Assembly: GCA_963716745.1 (NCBI GenBank)
Contig: OY970320.1
Span: forward strand, 1,248,001 to 1,312,000
DNA length: 64,000 bases
Source: an uncultured Gemmatimonadaceae bacterium
Lineage (GTDB): Bacteria; Gemmatimonadota; Gemmatimonadetes; Gemmatimonadales; Gemmatimonadaceae
Direction of reading: 5' to 3'
Shown in pieces: positions 54,555 through 64,000 of this stretch. The notes under the pieces were generated by a model. It was not told the DNA's origin and searched no databases. It saw only the letters and a program-made list of their open reading frames with translations. Numbering within the stretch: the first letter of the stretch is position 1; each line of letters starts with the position of its first letter. Position numbers and translations under genes: made by a program.

Positions 54555-56170
54555 GGCGTGAGGCGGAGGGAGTCAGCTGGCACGTTGGTCACTACAAGAT
54601 ACGCCGTGTTGGACGCGACCGTAGCGAACCGAACGTGCCCGGTGGTCCACTCGTCGATCGCGCGGCGCTTCATCACGACGGCCATTGGTTCACCGGCGCT
54701 CCACCGGCGCCAGAAGTCGTCGTGGGTCCAGAAGATCTCGGGCGCGCGCACACCATCGGACGCGAGCTCGCCGGTGAAGTCGGCGACCACCACCTGGTCC
54801 TTGAGCGTCCACGCCAACCCCTGCGGGTAGGCGCGGTAGGCGACCACGCGCGCGCCGGGCACCGCGACCGCGGCGCGCGCGAGATCATCCACGGACAATT
54901 CGTGCGACAGTCCCGGCAACGCGAACACGAGGCCGGCGTAGAGGCCGGCCCAGCCGAGCGCGGCCGCCATGAGCCCCGGCCGCCCGGCGCGGCCGGCGAG
55001 CCATGCGGCGGCCCAGGAGCCGGCGCAAAGCATGGCGGTCCCAGCGATCGCGGACACGGAGATGTACGACGCGAACTTGCCGTTCATCATCACGAGCGCC
55101 GCAATGAACGGCGCCGACATGAGCGCCGCGTACGCGATGAACAGCGGGCGCGGCCGCCGTTCGGCGGTCACGATGAACCGCGCGGTGATCGCCGCCGCCG
55201 CGGGGAATGCCGGCAAGATGTACGGGAGCAGTTTGGACTTCGATACCGAGAAGAAAACGAGGATCACGAAGAACCAGATCGCGAACAACACCGTGTCGGC
55301 GCGCTCGCGCAGCCACTGGCGATCCGGCGTTTTCCAGCGCGGGCGCGCCTTCGACAGCCATACGCCGAACGGGATCGTCCATGGCAGGAATCCGCCGATG
55401 AATGCGAGCACGAAGAAATAGAATGGCGCTTCGCGCTTCGCCTCGTTCGTCGCGAAGCGCTGGAAATGTTCGCGAATGAAGAACACCTGCGAGAATCCCG
55501 GATTCCGGCGCTCCATGAGCACGAACCAGGGCGCGGCGACGGCGAACAGTACGAATGGCGCAGGCGACACGAAGAGGCGCCCGAGTCGCCGCCATTCTCC
55601 CATCACGCCGATATAGAGCAGGAACACCAATCCCGGCAGCACGATGCCGATCAGCCCCTTCGCGAGCACCGCGAGCGCGCATCCGAGGCCCAGCAGCGCG
55701 AGCGACCACATGGGGCGTTCGTCGCGGAAGAACGCGCGCATCGACACGAGCGCGAGCGTCATCCCGAAGGTGAGCACGCCGTCGGTCACGTTGTAGCGGC
55801 CCAGTACGAACGAGAGCGGCGCCGAGAGCAGGATGAGCGCCGCCCACAGGCCGAGATCGCCGCCGAGCGCGAACGCCATGAGCGCCGCAGTCCCGAGCGC
55901 CGCGAGCCGCGCCGGCAGCCGCGCGGCGAACGGCGTCTCGCCGAGCATTTTGAAGCTCGCCGCATTCGCCCAGTAGAGCAGCGGCGGTTTCTCGTAGTAG
56001 CGCGTGCCGTTCAGCCGCGGCGTGACGAGGTCGCCCGCCGCGAGCATCTCGCGCGGGATCTCCGCGTAGCGCGCCTCGTCAGGCTCGATGAGACGCGAGC
56101 CGGGCAGCTCGACGAAGAGCAGCACCGAGAACAGACCGATCAACGCGAGCAGCCAGCGACGTTCTGTCAT
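54551..56170 (-). CDS. arnT: ArnT-like GT83 Ara4N transferase
   Basis: PDEARYAEIPREM, YYEKPPL, LAKG..G and SKSKLLPYILP. Confidence 0.9.
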   Translation of the reverse strand: MTERRWLLALIGLFSVLLFVELPGSRLIEPDEARYAEIPREMLAAGDLVTPRLNGTRYYEKPPLLYWANAASFKMLGETPFAARLPARLAALGTAALMAFALGGDLGLWAALILLSAPLSFVLGRYNVTDGVLTFGMTLALVSMRAFFRDERPMWSLALLGLGCALAVLAKGLIGIVLPGLVFLLYIGVMGEWRRLGRLFVSPAPFVLFAVAAPWFVLMERRNPGFSQVFFIREHFQRFATNEAKREAPFYFFVLAFIGGFLPWTIPFGVWLSKARPRWKTPDRQWLRERADTVLFAIWFFVILVFFSVSKSKLLPYILPAFPAAAAITARFIVTAERRPRPLFIAYAALMSAPFIAALVMMNGKFASYISVSAIAGTAMLCAGSWAAAWLAGRAGRPGLMAAALGWAGLYAGLVFALPGLSHELSVDDLARAAVAVPGARVVAYRAYPQGLAWTLKDQVVVADFTGELASDGVRAPEIFWTHDDFWRRWSAGEPMAVVMKRRAIDEWTTGHVRFATVASNTAYLVVTNVPADSLRLTP

Positions 56171-56179
56171 GCGATAACG

Positions 56180-56644
56180 CTAACGGACGCGGAGGACGTC
56201 TTCCACCGGACCGCCGTCGCCGGTCGCGAGGAGCACGGCGATGTCGGCGAGCGCCGTGCGCGAGCGCGGCCAGTTCATCCGCTCGCGCGCCGACTCGATC
56301 GTGAGCCATTCGGCGCAATCGTGTTCGGGGCCGAGCAGCGGCTCAGTGCCCGCGTCCACCACCGCGGCGAAGGCGACGGCGAGCGTGACGACGCCGGTGG
56401 TGTGCAGGTAGAAGGGCTGCACGGCCACGTTGTACAATCGCCGCACCGTGAGGCCGGTCTCTTCCGCGATCTCGCGGATCGCGGCGTCCTCGGGGCGCTC
56501 ATCGCCCTCCACGTGGCCGTGCACGGCCTCCCACGCGCCGGTGCAGCGGGTTCCGCTGGCGCGTCGCAGGGCGAGCGTCTCCCAGTGACCGGCGGCGCGC
56601 CGCAGCAGGTAGGCATCGACGGTGGCGATCTTGGCTTCGGTCAT
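56180..56644 (-). CDS. NUDIX hydrolase
   Basis: GHVEGDERPEDAAIREIAEETG Nudix box. Confidence 0.88.
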   Translation of the reverse strand: MTEAKIATVDAYLLRRAAGHWETLALRRASGTRCTGAWEAVHGHVEGDERPEDAAIREIAEETGLTVRRLYNVAVQPFYLHTTGVVTLAVAFAAVVDAGTEPLLGPEHDCAEWLTIESARERMNWPRSRTALADIAVLLATGDGGPVEDVLRVR

Positions 56645-56646
56645 GC

Positions 56647-57453
56647 TCAGAAGCTGGCACTCCACGTCATGGCGACGCCACTCTTGGTCGGTGCCACCGA
56701 CTTGGGCAGCAGCCACTTGTCGAGCTTCGAATTCGGATGTGCGCGATGCCAGCGGTTCACGCCGAGTCCGCTGAACGTGCCAACGAACGCGCCGGCGATC
56801 ACATCGCTGGTCCAGTGCGCGTTGGAGTAGATGCGTGCGACGCCCACCATGACGGCACTCCCGTATGTGAGCGTCGCGACCCACCACGTTTGCTTCGGCC
56901 AGAAGTGCGCTGTCTCGTCGGTGACCGACGACGCGAACGCGAACGCGGCGGTCGTGTGACCCGACGGCATGGAGGAATACGCGTCGTTGCCGAATCCCTT
57001 CCCGAACGCGTAGTAGTGCGAGTCATCAATGTTCACATAGGGGCGCTGGCGGCCGATGATCCCCTTCGCGACGGCGGTGATCGCGCCGCTGATCGCGATC
57101 GCCTCAGTTGCGCGAAGACCGATCTCCGAGAAACGGCGCGAGCCGGCGATCCGGGCGACGCCGTACGTGCCGATGGAGACAATGAGCACGCCTTCGCCGC
57201 CGTACACGTTGAAGAAACTCGCGACCGAGTTGTGCGAGGGCGTTTGCACGGAAGGCGACTGGCTCCAGGCGGCGACCTTCTCGTCGAAGGGCATCGTCGC
57301 GGCGATGCCCACGACGAAGCCTGCCGCGAGCCATGCGTCTCCTTTTGTGAAGAGCGGTTCCTTTGCCGCGCCGGTGTCCGCCTGCTGCGCGCCTGCGGCG
57401 CTGGCAGCGAGCGCGATCGTCGTAAGGCACGCGGTGACACGGATCCGGTTCAC
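56647..57453 (-). CDS. PAP2 family phosphatase
   Basis: KGIIGRQRP, SMPSGH and ARIYSNAHWTSDV motifs. Confidence 0.9.
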   Translation of the reverse strand: MNRIRVTACLTTIALAASAAGAQQADTGAAKEPLFTKGDAWLAAGFVVGIAATMPFDEKVAAWSQSPSVQTPSHNSVASFFNVYGGEGVLIVSIGTYGVARIAGSRRFSEIGLRATEAIAISGAITAVAKGIIGRQRPYVNIDDSHYYAFGKGFGNDAYSSMPSGHTTAAFAFASSVTDETAHFWPKQTWWVATLTYGSAVMVGVARIYSNAHWTSDVIAGAFVGTFSGLGVNRWHRAHPNSKLDKWLLPKSVAPTKSGVAMTWSASF

Positions 57454-59525
57454 AGGATGCTCCACAGATCGTGCGCCAGATCGACGCTGAACGTCCACCC
57501 GCCATCGCGCAATCCGCGCGCGACGTCCACTCGAAGCAGATCGAAGAAGAAGCTCGCGCCGACGCCGACGGAAGGATACCACCCTTCCGCCGGGGCCGCG
57601 AAGGTTGCGGTGTGATCCACATAGATCACGTTCGCGAACGGCGCGAGGGTGAATGACGCGGGCGTGCGCCCGAAGTCGCCCAGTGGGACAGCGAAGAACG
57701 GGATCGGGAAGCGCCATTCCACGTGCTGGCTCGCGCCGAACGTGGCCACGAATTGGTGGAACGCGTAGCCTGGTCCGGTGATCGGGCCGCCGAGATAGAC
57801 TTGCTCCTGAACAGGACTACCTGAGGGCGTGAGTGCTGCAATAGTCGTGCGTGACTCCAACGACTGCGATCCCAGCGACTGCGTGAGCGCGGCGCTCGCG
57901 AAGGCGCGGGCGAAGCGCACCGGCGCGCCGGCGATCGTGGTGTCATTCAGTGCGATCCATCCACCGGTGATATTCCCGCTCACGCGCAGGTCACTGCTCG
58001 GGCCGAGGATCCAATCGCGATCGAGGCCGAGCACCACGCGCCATTCGTGGAGCGGCCATGCCGGGATCGTGGGCTCGTACGAGTCACGGAAGGGGACGGC
58101 GTGCACGGCGAGCGCGTTCTGGTCCTCGTACGACCCCGTGAGCGTGAAGCGCACGTGGCGCCATTCGCCCAGTTGAGCGCGAACGCCGGCCGCGCGCACG
58201 TCGTATGTGTCGGTGAAATCGCTGCCGTACTCCTGCGACGAGAGACTGTTCACCAACAAGCTCCGTTCCTCGACGTCGCCCGCATCGCGATACTCGCGCG
58301 ACGCGAAGATCCCGATCGACCGCTGCGCCGAGGTCGCGAGCGTCGCGGAGAGCCGCGCCTTGATGGCTTGATCCGCGAATCCGTAGCGAGCCAGCAGGCC
58401 CATCGAAAACGTCGGCGTCGTGTGCCACGTGCCGCCCGCGCCGAGCGCGAGCCCCTCGACGCGATTCACGCGTGCGAAATCGGAAATGCGCGGAGTCGAG
58501 AGCGCGGCGCCGGACCGCGGCGCGAGCGCGCTGGCCACGACCGTCGCACGCGCCTGCTCCTGCACGCGGCGCACGTCCTCGTCGGTGGCCACGCGGGCAT
58601 CGCCAGGCAGCGAATCGAGGATGCCGCCCTTCCACGGGTACGCCGACTGCACGCTATCCGGCGCGTCGACGATCTCCGCGCCCCGGAACGAGGGCGCTCG
58701 TGGCGCGACATCGATCTGGTAGTCGCCGATCTCCCAGCGCGCACGGATGATCGCGCGCACCGGGAAATCGAGCCACGTGCCGCTCCGGCGGATCTCGATC
58801 TCCTGGTGGTACGGGAGCCAGAAGCGCCGCGACACGAGTGCGTTCTCGAGCACGATCGAGATGTCTTCGAGTTGTGGGTCGAGATACGCGGCGCGCGTGA
58901 AGCTGAAGTTCATGCGCACGACCTCGGCCGTGGCGGTGTCGAGATACACCGCGCCTACGACGCGCGCGAGTGCCGCGTCGCGCGGGCGCACGCGCACTTC
59001 GTACACGTAGATCGAGTGATCCCGGAACCCGATGCGCAGCGAGTCCGTGATCGCGAAGTCGTATTGCGTGAGCCCGTCGGGCGAGAGCGGGTGCGGCACA
59101 TCTCTCACCTCATCACCTTCGCCGAGGCGGATCACGTTCTTGAAATTATTCTGGACGATGCCCAGGTGGTCGCGGTGGTACCGCATGGCGTTCGGCAGCA
59201 GCACCGTGTCGCGCCGGCCGACGATCACCTGCTTGCTCAGATCGGGCGCGCGCCAGTACACTTGGAGCGCGAGTTGGTCGGTGCGCAGGATCTTGGGCGG
59301 CAGGTCGAACCCTTGGCCGGCCTGCGCGAGGAAAGTGAGGTAGCCGTTGGCCGTCGCGCTGTACGCGGCGAGCGCGGTGTCGGAGATCTGCTCGGCGCGC
59401 CGCGCGGTGGCGCGCTGCACGAGGGCGCTGGTGCGCGGATCGTTCCAGGTCTGCGCCGCCGCTCCCGGCGGCGTGGCCGCCGGCAACAGGATCATCACCA
59501 TGGCGAATGCGGCGAGACCTCTCAT
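57450..59525 (-). CDS. Outer-membrane protein with C-terminal beta-barrel
   Basis: Signal peptide; RVNRVEGL; C-terminal SVGVGASFFFDLLRVDVARGL amphipathic strands. Confidence 0.7.
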   Translation of the reverse strand: MRGLAAFAMVMILLPAATPPGAAAQTWNDPRTSALVQRATARRAEQISDTALAAYSATANGYLTFLAQAGQGFDLPPKILRTDQLALQVYWRAPDLSKQVIVGRRDTVLLPNAMRYHRDHLGIVQNNFKNVIRLGEGDEVRDVPHPLSPDGLTQYDFAITDSLRIGFRDHSIYVYEVRVRPRDAALARVVGAVYLDTATAEVVRMNFSFTRAAYLDPQLEDISIVLENALVSRRFWLPYHQEIEIRRSGTWLDFPVRAIIRARWEIGDYQIDVAPRAPSFRGAEIVDAPDSVQSAYPWKGGILDSLPGDARVATDEDVRRVQEQARATVVASALAPRSGAALSTPRISDFARVNRVEGLALGAGGTWHTTPTFSMGLLARYGFADQAIKARLSATLATSAQRSIGIFASREYRDAGDVEERSLLVNSLSSQEYGSDFTDTYDVRAAGVRAQLGEWRHVRFTLTGSYEDQNALAVHAVPFRDSYEPTIPAWPLHEWRVVLGLDRDWILGPSSDLRVSGNITGGWIALNDTTIAGAPVRFARAFASAALTQSLGSQSLESRTTIAALTPSGSPVQEQVYLGGPITGPGYAFHQFVATFGASQHVEWRFPIPFFAVPLGDFGRTPASFTLAPFANVIYVDHTATFAAPAEGWYPSVGVGASFFFDLLRVDVARGLRDGGWTFSVDLAHDLWSIL

Positions 59526-59567
59526 GAAAGAAGAATGTCGCGGCGCGCTCCGGGCGCGGCAAGCGCG

Positions 59568-61053
<1,486 letters not shown>

Positions 61054-61209
61054 CACCCCGAACTCCGTTTTTGGTCACCCGAACTCCGCGTGTGACGTAA
61101 CGAGTGGTACTGACGTGCGGGGCTGGTACCACGAACAACTCGTCGCGTTACGGAGTTCGGGTGACCAAAAACGGAGTTCGGGGTGACCAATGACGGAGTT
61201 CGGGGTGAC
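61054..61209. repeat. Palindrome of 21-22-bp units (CACCCCGAACTCCGT family), copy 2
   Basis: Perfect 35-bp IR 61054-61088/61151-61185 plus a third tandem unit. Confidence 0.88.
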
Positions 61210-61240
61210 ACCGGCCTCCGTTCTCGCCATATTGCCGACC

Positions 61241-62866
61241 ATGCCGTTCAAGATCATCAACGATGCGGGCGGGCAGGCGTATGAACTGAAGGAGGCGCAG
61301 ACGCTCGTCATCGGGCGCGCGTCGACGAGCGATATCCCCGTATTCGACCCCACGATCTCGCGACGGCACGCCGAGGTCACCGCGAGTGCGACGGCGGTGA
61401 GAGTGAAAGACCTCGGCTCCAGCAACGGCACGTTCATCAACAGCATGCAGATCACCGAGGGCGCCGTGAACGACGGCGATATCGTGATGTTCGGCAAAGT
61501 CCCGTTCCGCGTGGCGTTCATCGAGCCGGTGGCCGCGCCGCCGGCGCCGCGCGCGAGCACCGCAGTGCCGCAGCGCGCGTCGGGCGTCGCGGCGCGGCCG
61601 AGCTCGACGATCCTCCGTGAATTGGACGTCGCCAAGTCGAGCGGCCCACTCTCGGTGATCTTCCGCGCGACGAGTCTCGCCGAGGTGAAGGCCGAGTCGG
61701 CTGAGGCATCCGTGGCCGACCGCACGGCCAAGCGGCTCGCGCTGCTGCTGGAGGTCTCGAAAGGTCTCTCACGCGTGGCCGACGCCGAGGCATTGCTCGA
61801 CCGGATCACGCAGACCGTGTTCGAGATCATGGATGTCGATCGCGTGGCGATCGAGTTGGTGGACGCGAACGGCGAGCGCGTGCCGAAGATCTCGCGCGAC
61901 CGGAAGGGCGTGGTCGCCGGCAAGTCCGTGCCGCAGACGATCGCGCGGAAGGTCGCGGGCGAGAAAGTGGCGGTGCTGTCGGACAACGCGGCCGAGGATG
62001 AACGGTTCGGCGGACAGAGCATCGTGATGCAGAGCGTGCGCTCCGCGATGTGCGCGCCGCTCATCGGGAGCGGTGACGTCGTGCTCGGCGTGCTCTACGT
62101 GGACAACGTGACCGCGATCCAGAAATTCGGCGACGACGATCTCGATTTCCTCATCGCCTTCTCGAACATCGCCGCCGTCGCGCTCGAGAACAGCCGGTTC
62201 GCGGAGCGCATCCGGCGCGAGACCATCGTGCGCAGCAACTTCGAGCGCTTCTTCGCACCCACGCTGGCGGCGCGTATCGCGGGTGCCGGCGAGCAGGTGA
62301 AGCTCGGCGGAGAGAAGCGCACGATCGCGATCCTCTTCAGCGACATTCGCGGATTCACGTCGCTCTCCGAGACGATGAATCCCGATGATGTCGCGAACCT
62401 GCTCAGCGAATATTTCACCGTGATGGTGGAGATCGTGTTCCGCCACGGCGGCACGCTCGACAAATTCATCGGCGACGCGGTGATGGCGCAGTGGGGCGCG
62501 CCGATCGGCGAGAAGGACGACGCCGACCGCGCGATGGCGGCCGCCGTCGACATGCTCGAGGAACTCAAGATCCTGAACGTGAAATGGAAGGCGGCGGGAC
62601 GCCCCGAGATGCAGATCGGGATCGGCGTGAACTATGGCGAGAGCTTTGCGGGCTACATCGGTTCCGAGCGCCGTCTCGAATACACCGTGATCGGCGACGC
62701 GGTGAACATCTCGAGCCGCCTGTGCGCGCGCGCCGAAGGCGGCGAGATCCTGCTCACGGAGTCGGTGAAGAAGGCGCTCACGAGTCCGCCCGAGATGACC
62801 GAGAAGGGCTCGATGGAACTCAAGGGGCGCAAGAAACCAATGCCGGTGTTCAGCGTCATACCGTGA
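61241..62866 (+). CDS. FHA-GAF-class III adenylate cyclase
   Basis: IGR..SRRHA..DLGSSNGT FHA; GAF; FSDIRGFT, DKFIGDA and YTVIGDAVN..SRL. Confidence 0.92.
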   Translation: MPFKIINDAGGQAYELKEAQTLVIGRASTSDIPVFDPTISRRHAEVTASATAVRVKDLGSSNGTFINSMQITEGAVNDGDIVMFGKVPFRVAFIEPVAAPPAPRASTAVPQRASGVAARPSSTILRELDVAKSSGPLSVIFRATSLAEVKAESAEASVADRTAKRLALLLEVSKGLSRVADAEALLDRITQTVFEIMDVDRVAIELVDANGERVPKISRDRKGVVAGKSVPQTIARKVAGEKVAVLSDNAAEDERFGGQSIVMQSVRSAMCAPLIGSGDVVLGVLYVDNVTAIQKFGDDDLDFLIAFSNIAAVALENSRFAERIRRETIVRSNFERFFAPTLAARIAGAGEQVKLGGEKRTIAILFSDIRGFTSLSETMNPDDVANLLSEYFTVMVEIVFRHGGTLDKFIGDAVMAQWGAPIGEKDDADRAMAAAVDMLEELKILNVKWKAAGRPEMQIGIGVNYGESFAGYIGSERRLEYTVIGDAVNISSRLCARAEGGEILLTESVKKALTSPPEMTEKGSMELKGRKKPMPVFSVIP

Positions 62867-63588
62867 GCGCTCCACCGGGCTACGTCGCGCTGGCACAGGA
62901 TGGCACGGAGGGGGTGCTCCTCGCCTCGCTCGAGGCGCCGCTGCGCGCCGCCATCGGCCGCGGGACATTCTACGGGTACGCCGAGCATCATCCCGAGGCG
63001 CGCACCTTCACCGGCCGCGGCGTGGCGTACGCGGTGCCCTTGCCCGAGGGCACGGCCAACGTGGTGGTGCGCCGCTCGCGGCACGGCGGCATGCTGGGGC
63101 CGCTCCAGGGCGACAAGTTCTTCGGCGCTACTCGCGCGCCGAGCGAACTGGAGATCTCGCTCACGCTGCAGCGGCGCGGCGTGCCCACGCCCGAGGTGGT
63201 GGCGTACGCGACCTATCCGGCGGGCATCCTGCGCCGCCGCGCGGATGTGGTCACACGAGAGATCCCGCACTCGCGCGACTTATTGGCCGCGCTGACCGTC
63301 GCCGAGCCGTACGCGAAGCGCGCGGCCGCCGCGGCGGTCGGGCGGCTGTTCCAGCAGCTCACCGAGGCCGGTGCGCGCCATCCCGATCTCAACGTGAAGA
63401 ACATCCTGCTCGCCGACGCCGCGAACAGTGCGTTCGATGCGTTCGTGCTCGACGTGGATCGCGTCTGGTTCGACGAACCGGGCTCGCCGCGGCTCATCGA
63501 TGCGAATTGGAGCCGCTTCATGCGATCCGTCGAGAAACACCGCGCTGAGATCGGCGACGGCTTCAACGTGATCTCGGCCATGCCGTGA
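62863..63588 (+). CDS. Kdo/WaaP family lipopolysaccharide kinase (KdkA-like)
   Basis: RRSRHGG, GVPTPEVV, HPDLNVKNILL and VLDVDR; GTGA overlap. Confidence 0.8.
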   Translation: MSAPPGYVALAQDGTEGVLLASLEAPLRAAIGRGTFYGYAEHHPEARTFTGRGVAYAVPLPEGTANVVVRRSRHGGMLGPLQGDKFFGATRAPSELEISLTLQRRGVPTPEVVAYATYPAGILRRRADVVTREIPHSRDLLAALTVAEPYAKRAAAAAVGRLFQQLTEAGARHPDLNVKNILLADAANSAFDAFVLDVDRVWFDEPGSPRLIDANWSRFMRSVEKHRAEIGDGFNVISAMP

Positions 63589-64000
63589 CGGAGGCGCGCC
63601 GCCGGATCGCGATCGTCATGATGAGCGCGCTCGGCAATGCGGTGCACGTCCTGCCGGTGATCAATGCGCTCAAGCGGCACGATCCAACGTGTCACATCAC
63701 GTGGGTGTTGCAGCCGGGTGGCGCGTCGCTCATGCGCGGGCATCCGATGGTCGACGAGATCATCGTGTTCCAGAAATCGCGCGGCTGGCGCGGGCTGCTC
63801 AATGTGCGGCGCGCCGTTGAGGGTCGGCAGTTCGATCTCGTGCTCGCGCTTCAGGTGTACATCAAGGCGGGACTCGTCACGGCGCTGCTGCACTCGCCGG
63901 TGAAGCTTGGCTTCGACCGCGCGCGCGCGCGCGACATGAATTGGATTTTCACGAACCGCCGCATCCCGCCGCACGCACCGCAGCACGTGCAGGACCAATA
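63585..64000 (+). CDS. GT9 heptosyltransferase-like protein (3' truncated by window)
   Basis: IAIVMMSALGNAVHVLP..ITWV..HPMVDEII..FDLVLALQ; GTGA overlap. Confidence 0.8.
   Translation, partial: MTEARRRIAIVMMSALGNAVHVLPVINALKRHDPTCHITWVLQPGGASLMRGHPMVDEIIVFQKSRGWRGLLNVRRAVEGRQFDLVLALQVYIKAGLVTALLHSPVKLGFDRARARDMNWIFTNRRIPPHAPQHVQDQ

Noticed and set aside
61054..61209. Possible mini CRISPR array
   Set aside because: Units are adjacent with only ~7-bp linkers and occur in both orientations; no unique 25-45-bp spacers and no cas genes

Overview
High-GC chromosomal window from a diderm, LPS-producing bacterium. Gene content and order suggest Gemmatimonadota, but this is inference only. About 14 single-base indels fall in conserved genes and are most likely long-read or assembly errors. 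Main blocks in order: a lon 3' end and a DUF445 gene; trmH-pilD-zincin lipoprotein; an M48 peptidase; a degenerate REC-GGDEF; thiD; a nucleoside-salvage cluster (small beta-grasp-like gene, add, PNP, divergent udk). Next is an ~18 kb phosphate supercluster (phoBR, STAS-like gene, pstS, porin, pstCABB, phoU, ppx, ppk1, and a DUF47-pit-methyltransferase-cls-carbonic anhydrase operon) with candidate 11-bp-period Pho boxes. It is followed by dnaK, degP, tRNA-Leu, a DUF3761-repeat protein, tig-clpP-clpX-lon-engB and an ECF sigma/anti-sigma pair. The last part holds a TetR-autoregulated SRPBCC / methyltransferase-DCC operon, an L-Ara4N (arn) operon with split arnA and no arnEF, trpE, and an FHA-GAF-adenylate cyclase coupled to a Kdo-kinase-like gene and a GT9. 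The most striking non-coding signals are two families of intergenic palindromes built from tandem 7-bp or 21-22-bp units, a ~220-bp long-IR element, and many apparently leaderless promoters. No transposase, integrase, CRISPR array or rRNA was seen.
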